Part shown: in pieces, positions 40,050-52,214 of the stretch
Layout of the letters: each line of letters begins with the position of its first letter
Position numbering within the stretch: the first letter of the stretch is position 1
Source: Vicugna vicugna
Lineage: Eukaryota
DNA length: 64,000 nt
NCBI GenBank assembly: GCA_013265495.1
Contig: MU058781.1
Location: forward strand, 1,468,963-1,532,962
Reading direction: 5' to 3'
Made by a program: the position numbers and the translations under genes
The notes under the pieces: model-generated
Seen by the model: the letters and a program-made list of their open reading frames with translations, nothing else
Databases searched by the model: none
Told to the model about the DNA's origin: nothing

Positions 40050-40145
40050 GAGGAGGGTATAGCTCAGTGGTAGAGTGCATGCTCAGCACGCACAAGGTCC
40101 TGGGTTCAATCCCCTGGACCTCCATATAAAGAAATAAAATTTTTT
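40050..40145 (+). mobile_element. tRNA-derived SINE
   Basis: ggagggtatagctcagtggtagagtgcatgctcagcacgcacaaggtcctgggttcaatcccc. Confidence 0.8.
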
Positions 40146-40689
40146 TAAAGGCGAAGAAAAATGAGAAGATATGCAATAGTCACCTTGATGTTTTAGAAGT
40201 CATTGTAAAAAAAAAGTACGTTGACCTATATTTTAAAAAGAGCTAGTGGAAAAGTGAAAGGTGAAAGATGAGAACCTTCTAAGTAAAAGAGTTTGACGCA
40301 CTTCAGCCAAAACACTGCTATTTACAAATAGGGGGAAACAGCGTTTGTTTCCTCGGTGGTTCGATGAACTTAACTGGGCAGGTAGACAGCACTTCTCTGA
40401 GTATTAGATGATGTTCTCTGGGTGGTTAAAACCTGAGTGCCGTTTAGGTCCCCTGATCTGAGCATCATTTGTGACACGATTCAAGTGCTTTCTGGTGAAG
40501 ATTTAAGGTCCCATCTAAATCAGGGGATGTAGCCGGGGATTTGCTCATTCGACCTCAGCATCCTGTGACAAGCAGCACAGTGGACACTGGAAGTGGGAGG
40601 AGACGGGGTGCCCCCAACCTCAAAGTCAAAGGACTAGGAGCCCTGCAATTTCGGATCCCCAAGGACTGGAACTCCTGTGAGCTCTTCTT

Positions 40690-41359
40690 TTAGAAAAGGG
40701 TGGGGCGGGGCCAGAAAGCATTACAAAAGAGCCAGATGACTGAGGGTCTCTTTTCTTTTCGATCTTGTCACTTCGGTCATTTTTTTCCATCAAAGCGGCA
40801 TATTTGAGAATGGAGGCTGCATGATACCCAGTGGAATGTACTGGAAGAGTCGGGGACCAGGCTGTGGATCCCTGCCATGAGCAACAGGAGGGGATGGCTA
40901 GCAGGAAACAGGCACGCCTGCCTGAACACATCATTTCAACTTTGGCTTTTACTGCACTAATTCCCCGAATGACAATAACAAGGGGCGAGGGGGCAGAAGT
41001 TGAGAAACCAAATCGGCAGGGGAAACGGAATGAGCAGGGTTTTAGTGACACAGCTAGCCGATGCAAGCAGGGAGCCAGAGGGAGGGGAAAAGGCTGGGCT
41101 TAAGCAACCTGCTACTGGGATTTAGACAAAGGCGGTTTGAGAGGGAGGCAGAGGACTAGGCGGGATCAGTTGCTAATATCAGCGCAGGGAGAGAGCCAGC
41201 AGCTGGACTCCCAGGATGAAACCGAATAAATTCACAGCGTCTCCTCCAGGGCAGGAATGACTGGAGTATGTACTAAAGTAAGAACTCAGAGGAACAAGTA
41301 AGTTTGGGAAAGGACTTACAGATTTTGACGGTCTTGGCAATCCTGCTCCTCTTGGAGGC
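40690..41359 (+). promoter_or_regulatory. Candidate promoter and 5'UTR of exon 1B
   Basis: GC box GGGTGGGGCGGGGCC near 40698-40712, followed by a repeat-free, purine-rich stretch leading to the 1B ATG. Confidence 0.45.
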
Positions 41360-42278
41360 ATGCCTTCATTGATGCGTTCCCTCTTTACAGTTTCTGTCTC
41401 TTGCGTCATCATTTTCATCGTGTTCTATGTGCTCGGTTTTGGGGGAGAGCAAAGCTTCCAGAGGTTAAATAGCTCAGACACTTTGATGCTGACTCAAGTT
41501 TGCGCATCGTTTATCAAAGGCAAAACACCCTTCCTCTGGAGAAACAAACTGATGATACACGAGACATCTTCTTGCAAGGAATACCTGACCCAAAGCCGCT
41601 ACATCACGGCCCCCTTATCGAAAGAAGAAGCTGACTTTCCTTTGGCATACACTATGGTCATCCATCATAATTTCGATACCTTTGCAAGGCTCTTCAGGGC
41701 AATTTACATGCCTCAGAATGTTTACTGTGTTCATGTGGATGAGAAAGCGACAGTTGAATTTAAAGATGCAGTGGAGCAATTACTGGGCTGCTTCCCAAAT
41801 GCTTTTCTGGCTTCCAAGATGGAGCCAGTGGTCTACGGTGGGATTTCCAGGCTCCAGGCTGACCTGAACTGCATCAAAGATCTTACAGCCTTAGAGGTGC
41901 CCTGGAAGTACGCCATCAACACCTGCGGGCAGGATTTCCCCCTGAAAACCAACAGGGAAATTGTTCAGCACCTGAAAGGCTTTAAAGGGAAAAACATCAC
42001 CCCAGGGGTGCTGCCCCCAGCCCACGCTATTGGACGGACCAAGTATGTCCACCGAGAGCACCTGGGCAAAGAGTTTTCCTACGTGATAAGAACCACAACA
42101 CTGAAACCACCTCCTCCCCATAATCTCACCATCTACTTTGGCTCTGCCTACGTTGCTCTGTCAAGAGCGTTTACCAGCTTTGTTCTCCACGACCCCCGGG
42201 CTGCTGACTTGCTCCAGTGGTCCAAAGACACCTTCAGTCCCGATGAACATTTCTGGGTGACACTCAATAGGATTCCAG
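41360..42278 (+). CDS. GCNT2: GCNT2 alternative exon 1B (IGnT B isoform), coding part
   Basis: [40 protein letters not shown]…[17 protein letters not shown] matches the isoform B N-terminus. 919 nt, phase-1 donor CCAG|GTAGGT. Confidence 0.95.
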
Positions 42279-42819
42279 GTAGGTGAGATCTCGTGTTTCA
42301 CGTGAAGACAATGTGCTGTCTTGGAACGGGCTTTTCGAGAGCCTGCTCCTTTTTATGAGAAGTAGAAGGTGAAAACTGAAGTGTTTGGTTTTCACCCTCA
42401 TCCTTTCTAAACTCTAAACATCTAAAGAATGATGTTCTTTAGGCGATAGGGAATAAAATAGTCTAGCAAAGCCAAGAACACCTTTCCGTGGCATGGCTTT
42501 ACAGTTCATCGTGTTCTTTTGCACTCATCATCTTATTAAAGTTTTACCACAGTGGGGATTATTGTTCTCGGTCCCCACTGGTGTTCTTTCTTTGCCCCTA
42601 ACTTGTCACACTTGTGGTAACCCCAGGGCCTTTGCCTGGGCCGCTCTGCTGTCTACTCCCAGACCTCCACAGGCTCCCGCTTATCAGCCAGATGTCATCA
42701 ACCCAGAGAAGCCGAGCTGACCACCCAACCCTTTGCCTTCAAAGAGTTTATCCCCGTCTGGAATTATCACCCTTACTTATTTGCCTGGGTTTGTTCTTGG
42801 TCTTCTCTGCATTAGCTCC

Positions 42820-42925
42820 ATGAAGTTGGGTCATTTTTCTACCTTGTTAACAGCTGTATCCTCCAGGCATAGAACACATAGTAAATGCTCAATAAATACA
42901 TATTAGGAGAATGAATGAATGAATG
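42820..42925. mobile_element. L2 3' end remnant
   Basis: ctgtatcctccaggcatagaacacatagtaaatgctcaataaatac…gaatgaatgaatgaatg. Confidence 0.65.
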
Positions 42926-45900
42926 GGAAAACAGGAGGCTTTACTATGACACCACAGCTGTCTCCCTAAGACCCCGTGAGCGGAGAAATATTTGGACTCA
43001 TGTATGTCCCTACGTCATAGGTGTAGAGTTTTTAAAATACACATATATTTTTTAGTTCAGATAAACAATGAGATTCCAGAAGACCCTCTTTCTTTCTCAT
43101 CAAGACTGTTCTACCTTTACTAATGGACCAGATCAATTATTTTTAAAACTATACAAAACATGATAGGATTTCTTCTGAAGGAAACAGCATGCTTTGGACT
43201 CAATGAAAAATACAAAATGGATCTCTGATGAACTCGACAGCATTATTACAGCAAGAGAAAAGCCATCATTGTTCTCGGTTTTGGGGGGCTGCCAAGTTGG
43301 AAACACGGGTAGGTGCTCTCAGGCTGCAGGGCAGGGCCTGCTGGGCAGTAAACATGCCAGCATTCTCTGGAAAATACCGTGTTTGGTCTCTGAATCCCGG
43401 AGTGACTGGCCGGGTGAACCAGGCTCGCTCTCAGTACCGTGCACTTGCTCTTTCCTGACCTCTCCCTTCCTCCCGCCACCATCTTTTCACCTTTTATCTG
43501 TTGTTTCCATCGCTGGTATCTAATTGGAGAGCATTAGTTGCTTAGATGATGTTCATATTTAAATATTTATTCCCTGTCTATTTGCACGATTCCCTTGAGA
43601 TTTATAAAGGTCCTAGCCACGTGGTTCCACAGAGATCGTACTGAGATGAAGGCGCTTCTCGACTCTGCAAAAGCCTGAATTGTCATTTCTTAAAAAAAGA
43701 AAAACCTGGGTTTGGGTTAGTGTTAATTGTCTGTTGCAGAAGGATGGTCAGCCTTATCAATGGCAAATCAATTTAAGAAAATCAAGGGAAAAAGAACTTT
43801 TACTTCCTTTTTTTTTTTTTCTTTTCTTAGCCCCTTTCTCCTTTCCAGCCCTAATCACACAGACAAGGTGGGAAGACCAAGAATGGCACCTAGACAGACA
43901 CAGGCAAGAAGACCTTTTTTGCTGCAGGTTTGTGGTGCGACTTGCTGGTCTCTGCCCTTTCACAGTGACAGCATGACCCTGTATCAGTTGCCTCTTGGGC
44001 ACTCCCATCTCCCCATCTACAAAATGAGCCCCCAGGTAGGCAAGACCCTTTATGTCCCTACCTCTGCCTTTCTTTGCAGAAGACACCAGGTCCAGAACCA
44101 CATAAACACCTAGCACGTGGCTGTTGAGAATTTGTAGAAATTCTGTTTGGTGAGTCTGGACTCCGTCAGCCTTGTTGCCTCTTAGCCTTGGTGAGTGAAT
44201 TTCATTTCCCTTGTGGGAAATTGGCAGTAAGAGCTCCGCTCAGAGAGGCTCCGTGGTCTGATTCTGCAAAGGATGTTTTTTTCAGAATAGCATGACATTT
44301 CCTGGGTTGCTGCCTCCTTCCTCTCTAACTGCGGAAGGCATCCTGGTTCAGGGAGAATGCAGAAGGATATCCTGCTGGTAGGTGGGGACTTCCTGAATTA
44401 CAAGTGATTTAAAGAAAACAAACCATCAGATGCTAGAGTGGTCAAACTCTCCATTTTCCATCACACACTCCAATAACTCCAGCGGTTTTGCACGTGTGTC
44501 TTCTTTGTGATGTAAGATTTGGTGGGTGAATCTGGTTCTTTATTATCAGACAGCCTTTCACCATATCGGGCCTTCTATTTTCAGTGTCATGTTTTAAGTA
44601 GGGGAAGCCTTTCGGTAAACACAGCATAAACAGCTTTTTTGCAAATGTGCAAGTTCAGGTCGGGCTGTTCCTTTCCTCCCTCTAAGTTTCCTTCTCTCTA
44701 TATCCTAAACATCCTAAATTCAAGTGTCTGTGCTAGAAAGGCGCTGCACAGGCATATCAGGCTCCCTGAAACACCCACGAGAGGACTAGGACCACGGAAA
44801 TGGTTAATACCCTTTACTAGGTGATATCAGAAAACAAAACGAGACTTGTTTAAAACTCAAGGGAAAGTATATTCATAGAGGTAGGACTAAATCACATATC
44901 TTCACACTGCTTAAAAACTTTTTCTTTTTTCATGTTGCCTTTCTATGGCGAAAACAACTTCTCTCTTGGTTTTCCATGCTTAGGTTTTTTTCCCCCAAAC
45001 TGCGTTAGAATTAGAAATGGCGCTGGATGGGGCCAACAAGAGTAGTTCCATGGGGGCCCCAGTCTCCCTTCTTTTTTCAGGGGAAGCCAGAAGGGGTGGC
45101 CGTCATTCCATCCTGTGTGGCTGGTGTACCAGACAGATGGTCTAGATTTCTCCCTGGGCCATCGTCTCAAAGGAAACCCTCCAGGAGCAGAGCTTTCCCT
45201 GACTCACGCTACAGAGCATGAGGTCCCGAGGGCAGGTGCTCACCTTGAATTCTGGCGCCTGTTGCTACTCCCTGGCGTCCCCAGTCCTTGCCGTCACTGC
45301 TAGATGTCTCCTTTAAGAGAATCCATTTCCTCTCGCTTTTCTGGTTATTCCCAGAGCATTTTCTTTGGCTCACCTGTCCCAGGGCGGAGTGCCAGAGGCC
45401 GTTAAGATATTTTGCTTTAAGTTTTGTGCAGTTGTGTAGTATCTGCAGAAGCTGCCGCTGGTCTGGTTCCTTCACAGTCCATTCCCGGCGCTACCTTGTC
45501 TTCTGGCCCCACTTCACAAGGACGGGGGGAGTCTATCCTTAAGGAAAAGGCAAAACTGCTCTGTGCTTTGGCTTCAGCCACATTTTTTTTCCCCCTCACA
45601 CCCTGAGCTTGGTCTTTTGGGTTTCTGCTCCTATGTTCCTCTGACCTTTCTCATGCTATGATGTTTTTCTTCCATAAGAATGTTTTCATTTGCCTCTTCC
45701 CTTTTTCCATTTTGTATACTTTTTTTTTTCAGAGCCCCTTTGTCAAATAAATTAGGTCAACCCCACAAGTGACCACGTGATCGCATTTCCTCATTTTTTT
45801 CAGTCTTAAAAATAGCATGTCTCCTACTTTGATTTATTTTGATTTTTTCGCTTGGAGTTTTATTTATACAGGGACATTCTTTGGGAGTGTGTTATGGCTC

Positions 45901-46894
45901 TTCAAGTTGCATGTGACAGAAACAACTCAAAGTTGCTTAAACAGACTCTAGAACTTACCGGCTCATAGAACTGAGGTGCCCAAGGAGGGCCCCCGAATAA
46001 AGTTGGATCTGGGGTTGGAACAGTATATGTGGGACTCTTTCCTGCCAGGTCCTCTCTCTGTGGGGTGACCAACCCATCCCTGTTTGCCCAGGTCTGAGGG
46101 GGATCCTGGGCCTAAGACTTTCCATGTTAAAACCAGGAAAAGTTCCAGTTTGGTTTGAGTTGATCACTCGATCTCCCTGTCTCTGTTGGCTCTATTCAGG
46201 CTGGTCCTCCCCACCTGGTGTCAGAAACGGCAGAAGGAGCTCCAGGTAGCTGCTTCTCACAGCTGGCACTCCAGGGAGAAAAGAAAGGGATTTTTCCCCA
46301 ATGGTTCCAGCAGTGGCTCAGGGGAGTCAGATTGTTCCTGCTTGGTCCAAATCCCTCTACTTAAAAAAATCAGGGTCATGAAGAATGCTGACCAGCCTCA
46401 CTTGGGTCGTTTTTTCACCCTAAAGCTAAAGGTTCAGGGTAAGCTATGGGGAACGATGTTTCCTCGCAGCAATGCCCTGCAGCCAAAGGCACACGCCCCC
46501 TGCAGGGGATTCCTGGTCCTGCAGGTAGGGGTTGTCAATGGGCAGCTCCACACGGATTAGAGAGACAAGACTTAACGAGATACATGGGTTTTCAGCACTT
46601 GAACAATTGTATCTCGGAGAATACTAATTAAATTGTGGAAAAAGCATGATTTCAATAAACATGCTTCTCTTCCTGAATAAAACCATTTTAATAATAATTA
46701 TTATATTTTAATTTATATTTATAAATATAAATATGCAAGTATAAACATATACATATAAGTAAGTGAATTACTTAATATAAATGTAACTGATAATTTTATA
46801 TAAATATACTTTTCTGTATATTTATTTTTTGCAATAATAGTTGTTACATTTGGATAGTACTTAGTTTGCAAAGAGATTTCTAGAACATTATCTC

Positions 46895-47060
46895 TTTTTA
46901 AAAATATTTATTTTTTATTATATTATTTAATTATTTTGTTTTGGCAGGGGTAGGGGAGGTAATTACACTTACTCATTTCTAGACGAGGTACTGGGGATTG
47001 AACCCAGGATCTCACGCATGCTAAGCACTCCCTCTACCACTTGAGCTACACCCTCCCCCT
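46895..47060 (-). mobile_element. tRNA-derived SINE with TSD
   Basis: Reverse SINE flanked by the direct repeat ACATTATCTC. Confidence 0.8.
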
Positions 47061-47079
47061 GCACATTATCTCATTTAAC

Positions 47080-47301
47080 TTTTTTTTTTAATTAAGGAAA
47101 CTTCCTTTATTATTTTTTTATTGACATATAGTCAATTTACAGTGTATTAATTTCTGGTGTACAGAATAATGATTCAGTTATACATAAATATATTCCTTTT
47201 CACATTCTTTTTCATTATAGGCTATTACAAGGTATTGAATATAGTTCGCTGTGCTATACAGTAGGATCTTGTTGTTTATCTATTTTATATATAGTATTTA
47301 G
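47080..47301 (-). mobile_element. 5'-truncated L1 with TSD
   Basis: Poly-T followed by a reverse L1 tail, flanked by TATCTCATTTAA at 47067-47078 and 47302-47313. Confidence 0.8.
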
Positions 47302-48159
47302 TATCTCATTTAATTCTTATAAGAACCTTCTTCAGAGGAGGACTATTGTTCCCATTCTGCAGATGAGAAAATTTAAGATTAAAATACGGGACTTGTCCTA
47401 AGACAAATACTGCATTTACCCAGCAAGAAATAGGAATGAAAAGAAACACGTAGGGGAAGCAGAGGTAAGATTTGTGTACAGTGAGATTAAATTGAACCTG
47501 GTTTTATGAATTCTCCATTTAATTATTGCAATAACAGCAAGTGTTCAGAAGATGAAGTTTAGCTAATTCTAAGTCTCATGAAGGTTGGAGAATGTCTGTA
47601 TAATCGGACCCACCCAGGAATTTTTTTCTCTTGTTCCTTATGTCATCTGGATATTTAGCCCATTTTCCTGGAAATGTTGGCCTTCTCATGCGAGCAGAAG
47701 GTACAGAAAAGATCAGGAAACTACTGTTTACTGAACATCTGCCTATGAGTCTGCATTATCTCAGTTTAGTCTTCACGAGAAATCCTGTTGGGTTGGCACT
47801 TAGATCCAGGACCTCGTGCATGCTAAGCACACGCTCTACCACTGAGCTACACCCTCCCCGCCAGCATATGTTTTGAGTCTTCGTTTTGGTTATCCCTGTT
47901 ACTGTTATTATTGTATTCTTCATCCATAAAATGGATTTTCATTCAATAAATATTTATTGAGCACTTAGACACGGTGCAAGGTACTGCGCTACAATAGTGA
48001 CTAAGAATATAATTGTAACTAAGACAAATAGGACCTCTACTCTCATGGAGTATTCTGGAAGTAGAAGACAGATAATCAAAAGTAGGCGGAGAAAATTATT
48101 AGAAATTACAATTGCTGTGCAGTCAGCCTGCAGGCTGATACAGGAAGGGACCTGCTTTA

Positions 48160-48310
48160 TTATTTTTATTTTTATTTTTATTTTTTTTCGCTGGGGGGGA
48201 GGTCATTAGGTTTCTTTCTTTAGATGTTTCATTGGCGGTACCAGGGATTGAACCCAGGACCCAGTGCATGCTAAGCACAAGCTCTACCACTGAGTTTTAC
48301 CCTCCCCTCC
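48160..48310 (-). mobile_element. tRNA-derived SINE
   Basis: gggattgaacccaggacccagtgcatgctaagcacaagctctaccactgag…ccctcccc. Confidence 0.8.
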
Positions 48311-48401
48311 CCCAAAGGGACTTATTTTAAATAGTGTGAGTCAGGATAGGCTTCTTGGGGAAAATAACACATGAACTGCACCTCCAAAATGAGAACGAGG
48401 T

Positions 48402-48600
48402 GGGGAGGGAAGAGCTCAGTGGTAGAGTGCATGTCTAGCACGCAAGAGGTCCTGGGTTCAGTCCCCAGTACCTCCTCTGAAAATAAATAAATAAACCTAA
48501 TTACCTCCTTACCCGCCCCTCCAAAATTATTTAAATAAATAAAATTTTAAAATAAATAAATAAATAAATAAACATAATGACCTTCCTTCCACTCCCTGCA
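48402..48600 (+). mobile_element. tRNA-derived SINE
   Basis: ggggagggaagagctcagtggtagagtgcatgtctagcacgcaagaggtcctgggttcagtcccc with an (AAAT)n tail. Confidence 0.8.
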
Positions 48601-51600
48601 AAACAAAAAACCAAATGAAAACAAGCCATCAGAACGGGAAAGAGGTTCTAAGCAGAGGGACTAGGAATTGGCAAGATCCTGAGGTGAACAAGTGTCATGT
48701 GTTCAGGAGCCAGAAAAGCCGCCAGCGTGGCTGTGGCTGAAGGATGGAGGGGGAGGGCTGGATTGGGCTGGAAGCGGGCAAGGCCCTTGGGTGAAGGCCG
48801 CGGGGATGACGTGACCCGGCGGCGCCAGGTGCAGAGGGTTATTGGCAGAAGAGGCAGGGGCATGCGCGCAAGGGCTTGGCTGAAGGCAGGTGCAGAGGAA
48901 ACGGTCAGTAACCGACCCTGGCTACGGGCCCCTCTCCCTGTCCGGTGCCGCCGTCCCTCTGTCTTCCTCTCTGTCCTACGATAGGCGAATTTCTTTCTAA
49001 CTGCTTTCCCTGACTCCATTCTCAGCCTGCTTTAATCCATCCTCCACGGGGACAGAATGACTGGATAAAAATGCACGTCAATCTTGTGATCACGTCTCTC
49101 TCATTTGTAGAAATCTGTGGATCCCCATCACGGACAGCACAGCGTCCTAGCCTCTTTGCCGGACGGGGAGCTCACTGTACTTCTCTCCCTAGGCCCCGCC
49201 CCACCCCCATCCCATACTAAGCACCAGCTCTATCTACCAGACAATCGTGGGTCCCCAAAGTGCCACTTTCAGCCTCCCTGCCTCCACTCGTGCCAGTCCC
49301 CCGCCAGGATGCTCTGGAATGCTCTTCCTCCCTCTCCCTCCTCTGACTGACATGTGCTTTTCTTTGAAGATTCAGCTTAGAGTCACACTCTCTAAAGAGC
49401 CTTTCCTAATTCTTGCTCCTGTGGACTCGATCGTCCTGTGTCACATTGTACTCCTGTTAGTCTTGCAGTGCTGTGTTTGCAGTCCTAGTGGCCTCCTAGA
49501 TTGACCTTCAAGGGTAGCACCCACACTTGCTAATTTTGTTTGCCGTATTCCTCTGTCGCCTGGCACGTGAGCAATGCTCAAAACAGTGGAGTCTTGGCTC
49601 CTTGAAGTTCATTTAACTTGCACAAACTCAACTGTAGACACATACACACACATACTGTATGTAATTTTAAATGGTTTGGGCCATCCCTCCGCCGCCCTCC
49701 ACTCCACCCAGTGCGTTGGGGGTCCGCAGTGAGCATGACATGGATTCTGCTTGGTCTTGGTTCCTGTGGCTCATGAATCTTAAAGATACAGTGAGCGTCT
49801 CATAATATCGCCCCTCAGCTAAAGCCATCTTCTTCATCTGGTGCTTGTAAGAAGAAACCATTGTCTGGACCCAGGTTAAAGGGAGACTGGCAGTGTTGGA
49901 AGTAGACAGGGACTCCGTGTCATCTTAATGTGGCACATCCCCAAGAGATTTCTCCCAAGGAGTTCTAGTTGTATGCTGTTTGCCCTGTACACACGGACTT
50001 TGCAGCCTGATCTCTCTGTAGGACGTATGCCTTCTCTAAAATTTGTTGCATTTTTGATTGGCTAGTAATCGACAAAGCTAGGGAATAAGTGCAGATCGTC
50101 GCATTTCTAATCTAGTGTTCTGTCCTTTATCCACGATGCAACGTACGGAATCGCTCTTTTCTAAGAGTTGTTTTTACTTGAAAATGCAGATGACGTAAAT
50201 GTGCTACCAAGAGATGATTTTCTGAAGCCAGCAGCCTTTGGACGAAACTTTGTCACAGAACTTTGAGCAACGACTTCAACATCAGGAAAAAGCTGTCATG
50301 TGTTGTCAAATGTGTGTAAAGGGCATTGTTTTCATAACCCCTCTTTGGGAAACTTGTATTTGGGACTGGCACTGCGGTTCTCCATGTCAGCCAACTTCTC
50401 CTCTTCCAGCCCCCCAGTATCTCATCACACACTTTGTACATTCTGTCTGTGATGGGTTTCTAGCCAGTATCACCCTTCCTGTTCCCAGCTTTACTGCTCT
50501 AACCCCGGCCATGGTGCCCATCCCCCAAGTGGACTGTTGGATCCATCACATGGTCTCTCCAGCCCAAGTCTCCCTCTTCAAACCATTCTAATCCCCTTGA
50601 CCTATTCTTCTAAGAATAACTTCTCAATCCCAAAAGTTTCTGTTGAAACTCAACCGCTTTTTGAATTATTCAGTATAAACACCTCAACGTGGCATGTCGG
50701 ATAGCAGCATGTCCCTGTGGGAAATCACCTCGATGTCACTGATGAATTAATTCCCACAGCTGCCACCCTGAAAGGGACACTCCAGGAAAACCAAGCCTTG
50801 TGTTCCTGCCTGTGGTCCTTTTCTTCCTGTCTTTCTCCTTACTTGGGTCATGGTCCTCTATTTTTCCTATTTAAATAATGGCCTGAATAAGCCTGTATCC
50901 AATGCCTTGTTGTTCAGGAAGTGTTCCCTGATTTTTTTCTTAAGTGTACATTTTGTAAACCTTTGTTATAACTCCTTTATGTCATTCTGCAATCTTTGCA
51001 TTTAAGATCATGAACGTGGATGATGCCCTGTTACCCTGACAACTATTGTCTCTTTGGGGTCTTTTGTATTTTCAACAAGCCAACACAGGGGGCACCCATG
51101 GGCTGAGAATAAATATTGAATTGAGTCAAATGGAAACAAATTTTAATACGTCCCTCAGCACTTCTACCCACTCAGCCGCAAGTCACCACCCCTCCACCAC
51201 CGCACCTTCCCCCCCAACAGCCTAGATTCCTTTGCCAAATCCTGAGGAGTCAGCCTCAGACAGCATCTTCCAGCATATTCAGTTTTTTCCTGGGGATTTT
51301 CCTGAAGTCTTTTCTGCCCTTGCTTAACAGCAATGGGACTGACCTCTCCCGGTTTTTTCCAAAGCATCTTGCTCATCTTGGGAATGCTTCTCAATGTCAA
51401 GTTCATCCTGGGGGTGGCCCCAGCTCAAGCCAGACCGTGCTTCAACCCAAAGCCCACAATCTGTGAGCTTAACCAATGGGCACCTCACTCTGCACCAAAG
51501 AAGTAAAAAGAATGGTCCAACAGCAGAGGATTCTGCTTTAAAGACCAGATCTGGGTGTTTATAGGGCCGCATCTTTGATGGCAGTAACCCATCACTTGGT

Positions 51601-52214
51601 GAAGCAAATGACTCTGTGGAGATTTTTAGTGGTTTTTTTTTTCCTGGATTTTGGAGTGGACAATTTGCAGCCTTAGAAAGCTACGTCCAAAGCAGCAATT
51701 ATATTAATCACTTTCTCACTGGCCATTTTTTTATATTCATTACTTTTCTTTTCTTCACTACATCATCACTGATCACTTGACTTTAATCTATGTGAATAAA
51801 GAATAGCCTGAAAGCAATGCTGATTGAATTTAAGGTAAAGAAAGCAAAAGTTCTGAGCCTTTTTTTTTTTTTTACGTGAACATGGACTCTACCATTTAAT
51901 GCAGATCCAAGCCCACACGTTGTTTAGACGTAGGTTTTACTTCCATTACAGGTTATCTTCATGTAAGTCATAAAAATACAATACAATGTCATGAGCCCAA
52001 TTCAGCAATTCCACACTGCCGCCCACATTAACACAGATGGCTCCTAACAGAGGAAAAGAGAAGTGAAGTTGCTCGACCTAACTCACCAGTTCTTAACATG
52101 GTTTCTCAACACCTGTCTTTCTCTCGTCCTCTGACCTGAATAGTACGTGATGTTCTTTCCTGAGATGCTTTTGAACAAAACCGTGAGTGGAAGAAGATTC
52201 TTCCCAAATGTACC

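Noticed and set aside
25995..42286. Reading the paralogous ORFs as truncated pseudogenes or separate genes
   Set aside because: All end at the same phase-1 GT donor, matching the known GCNT2 alternative first-exon structure. The stops lie in introns.
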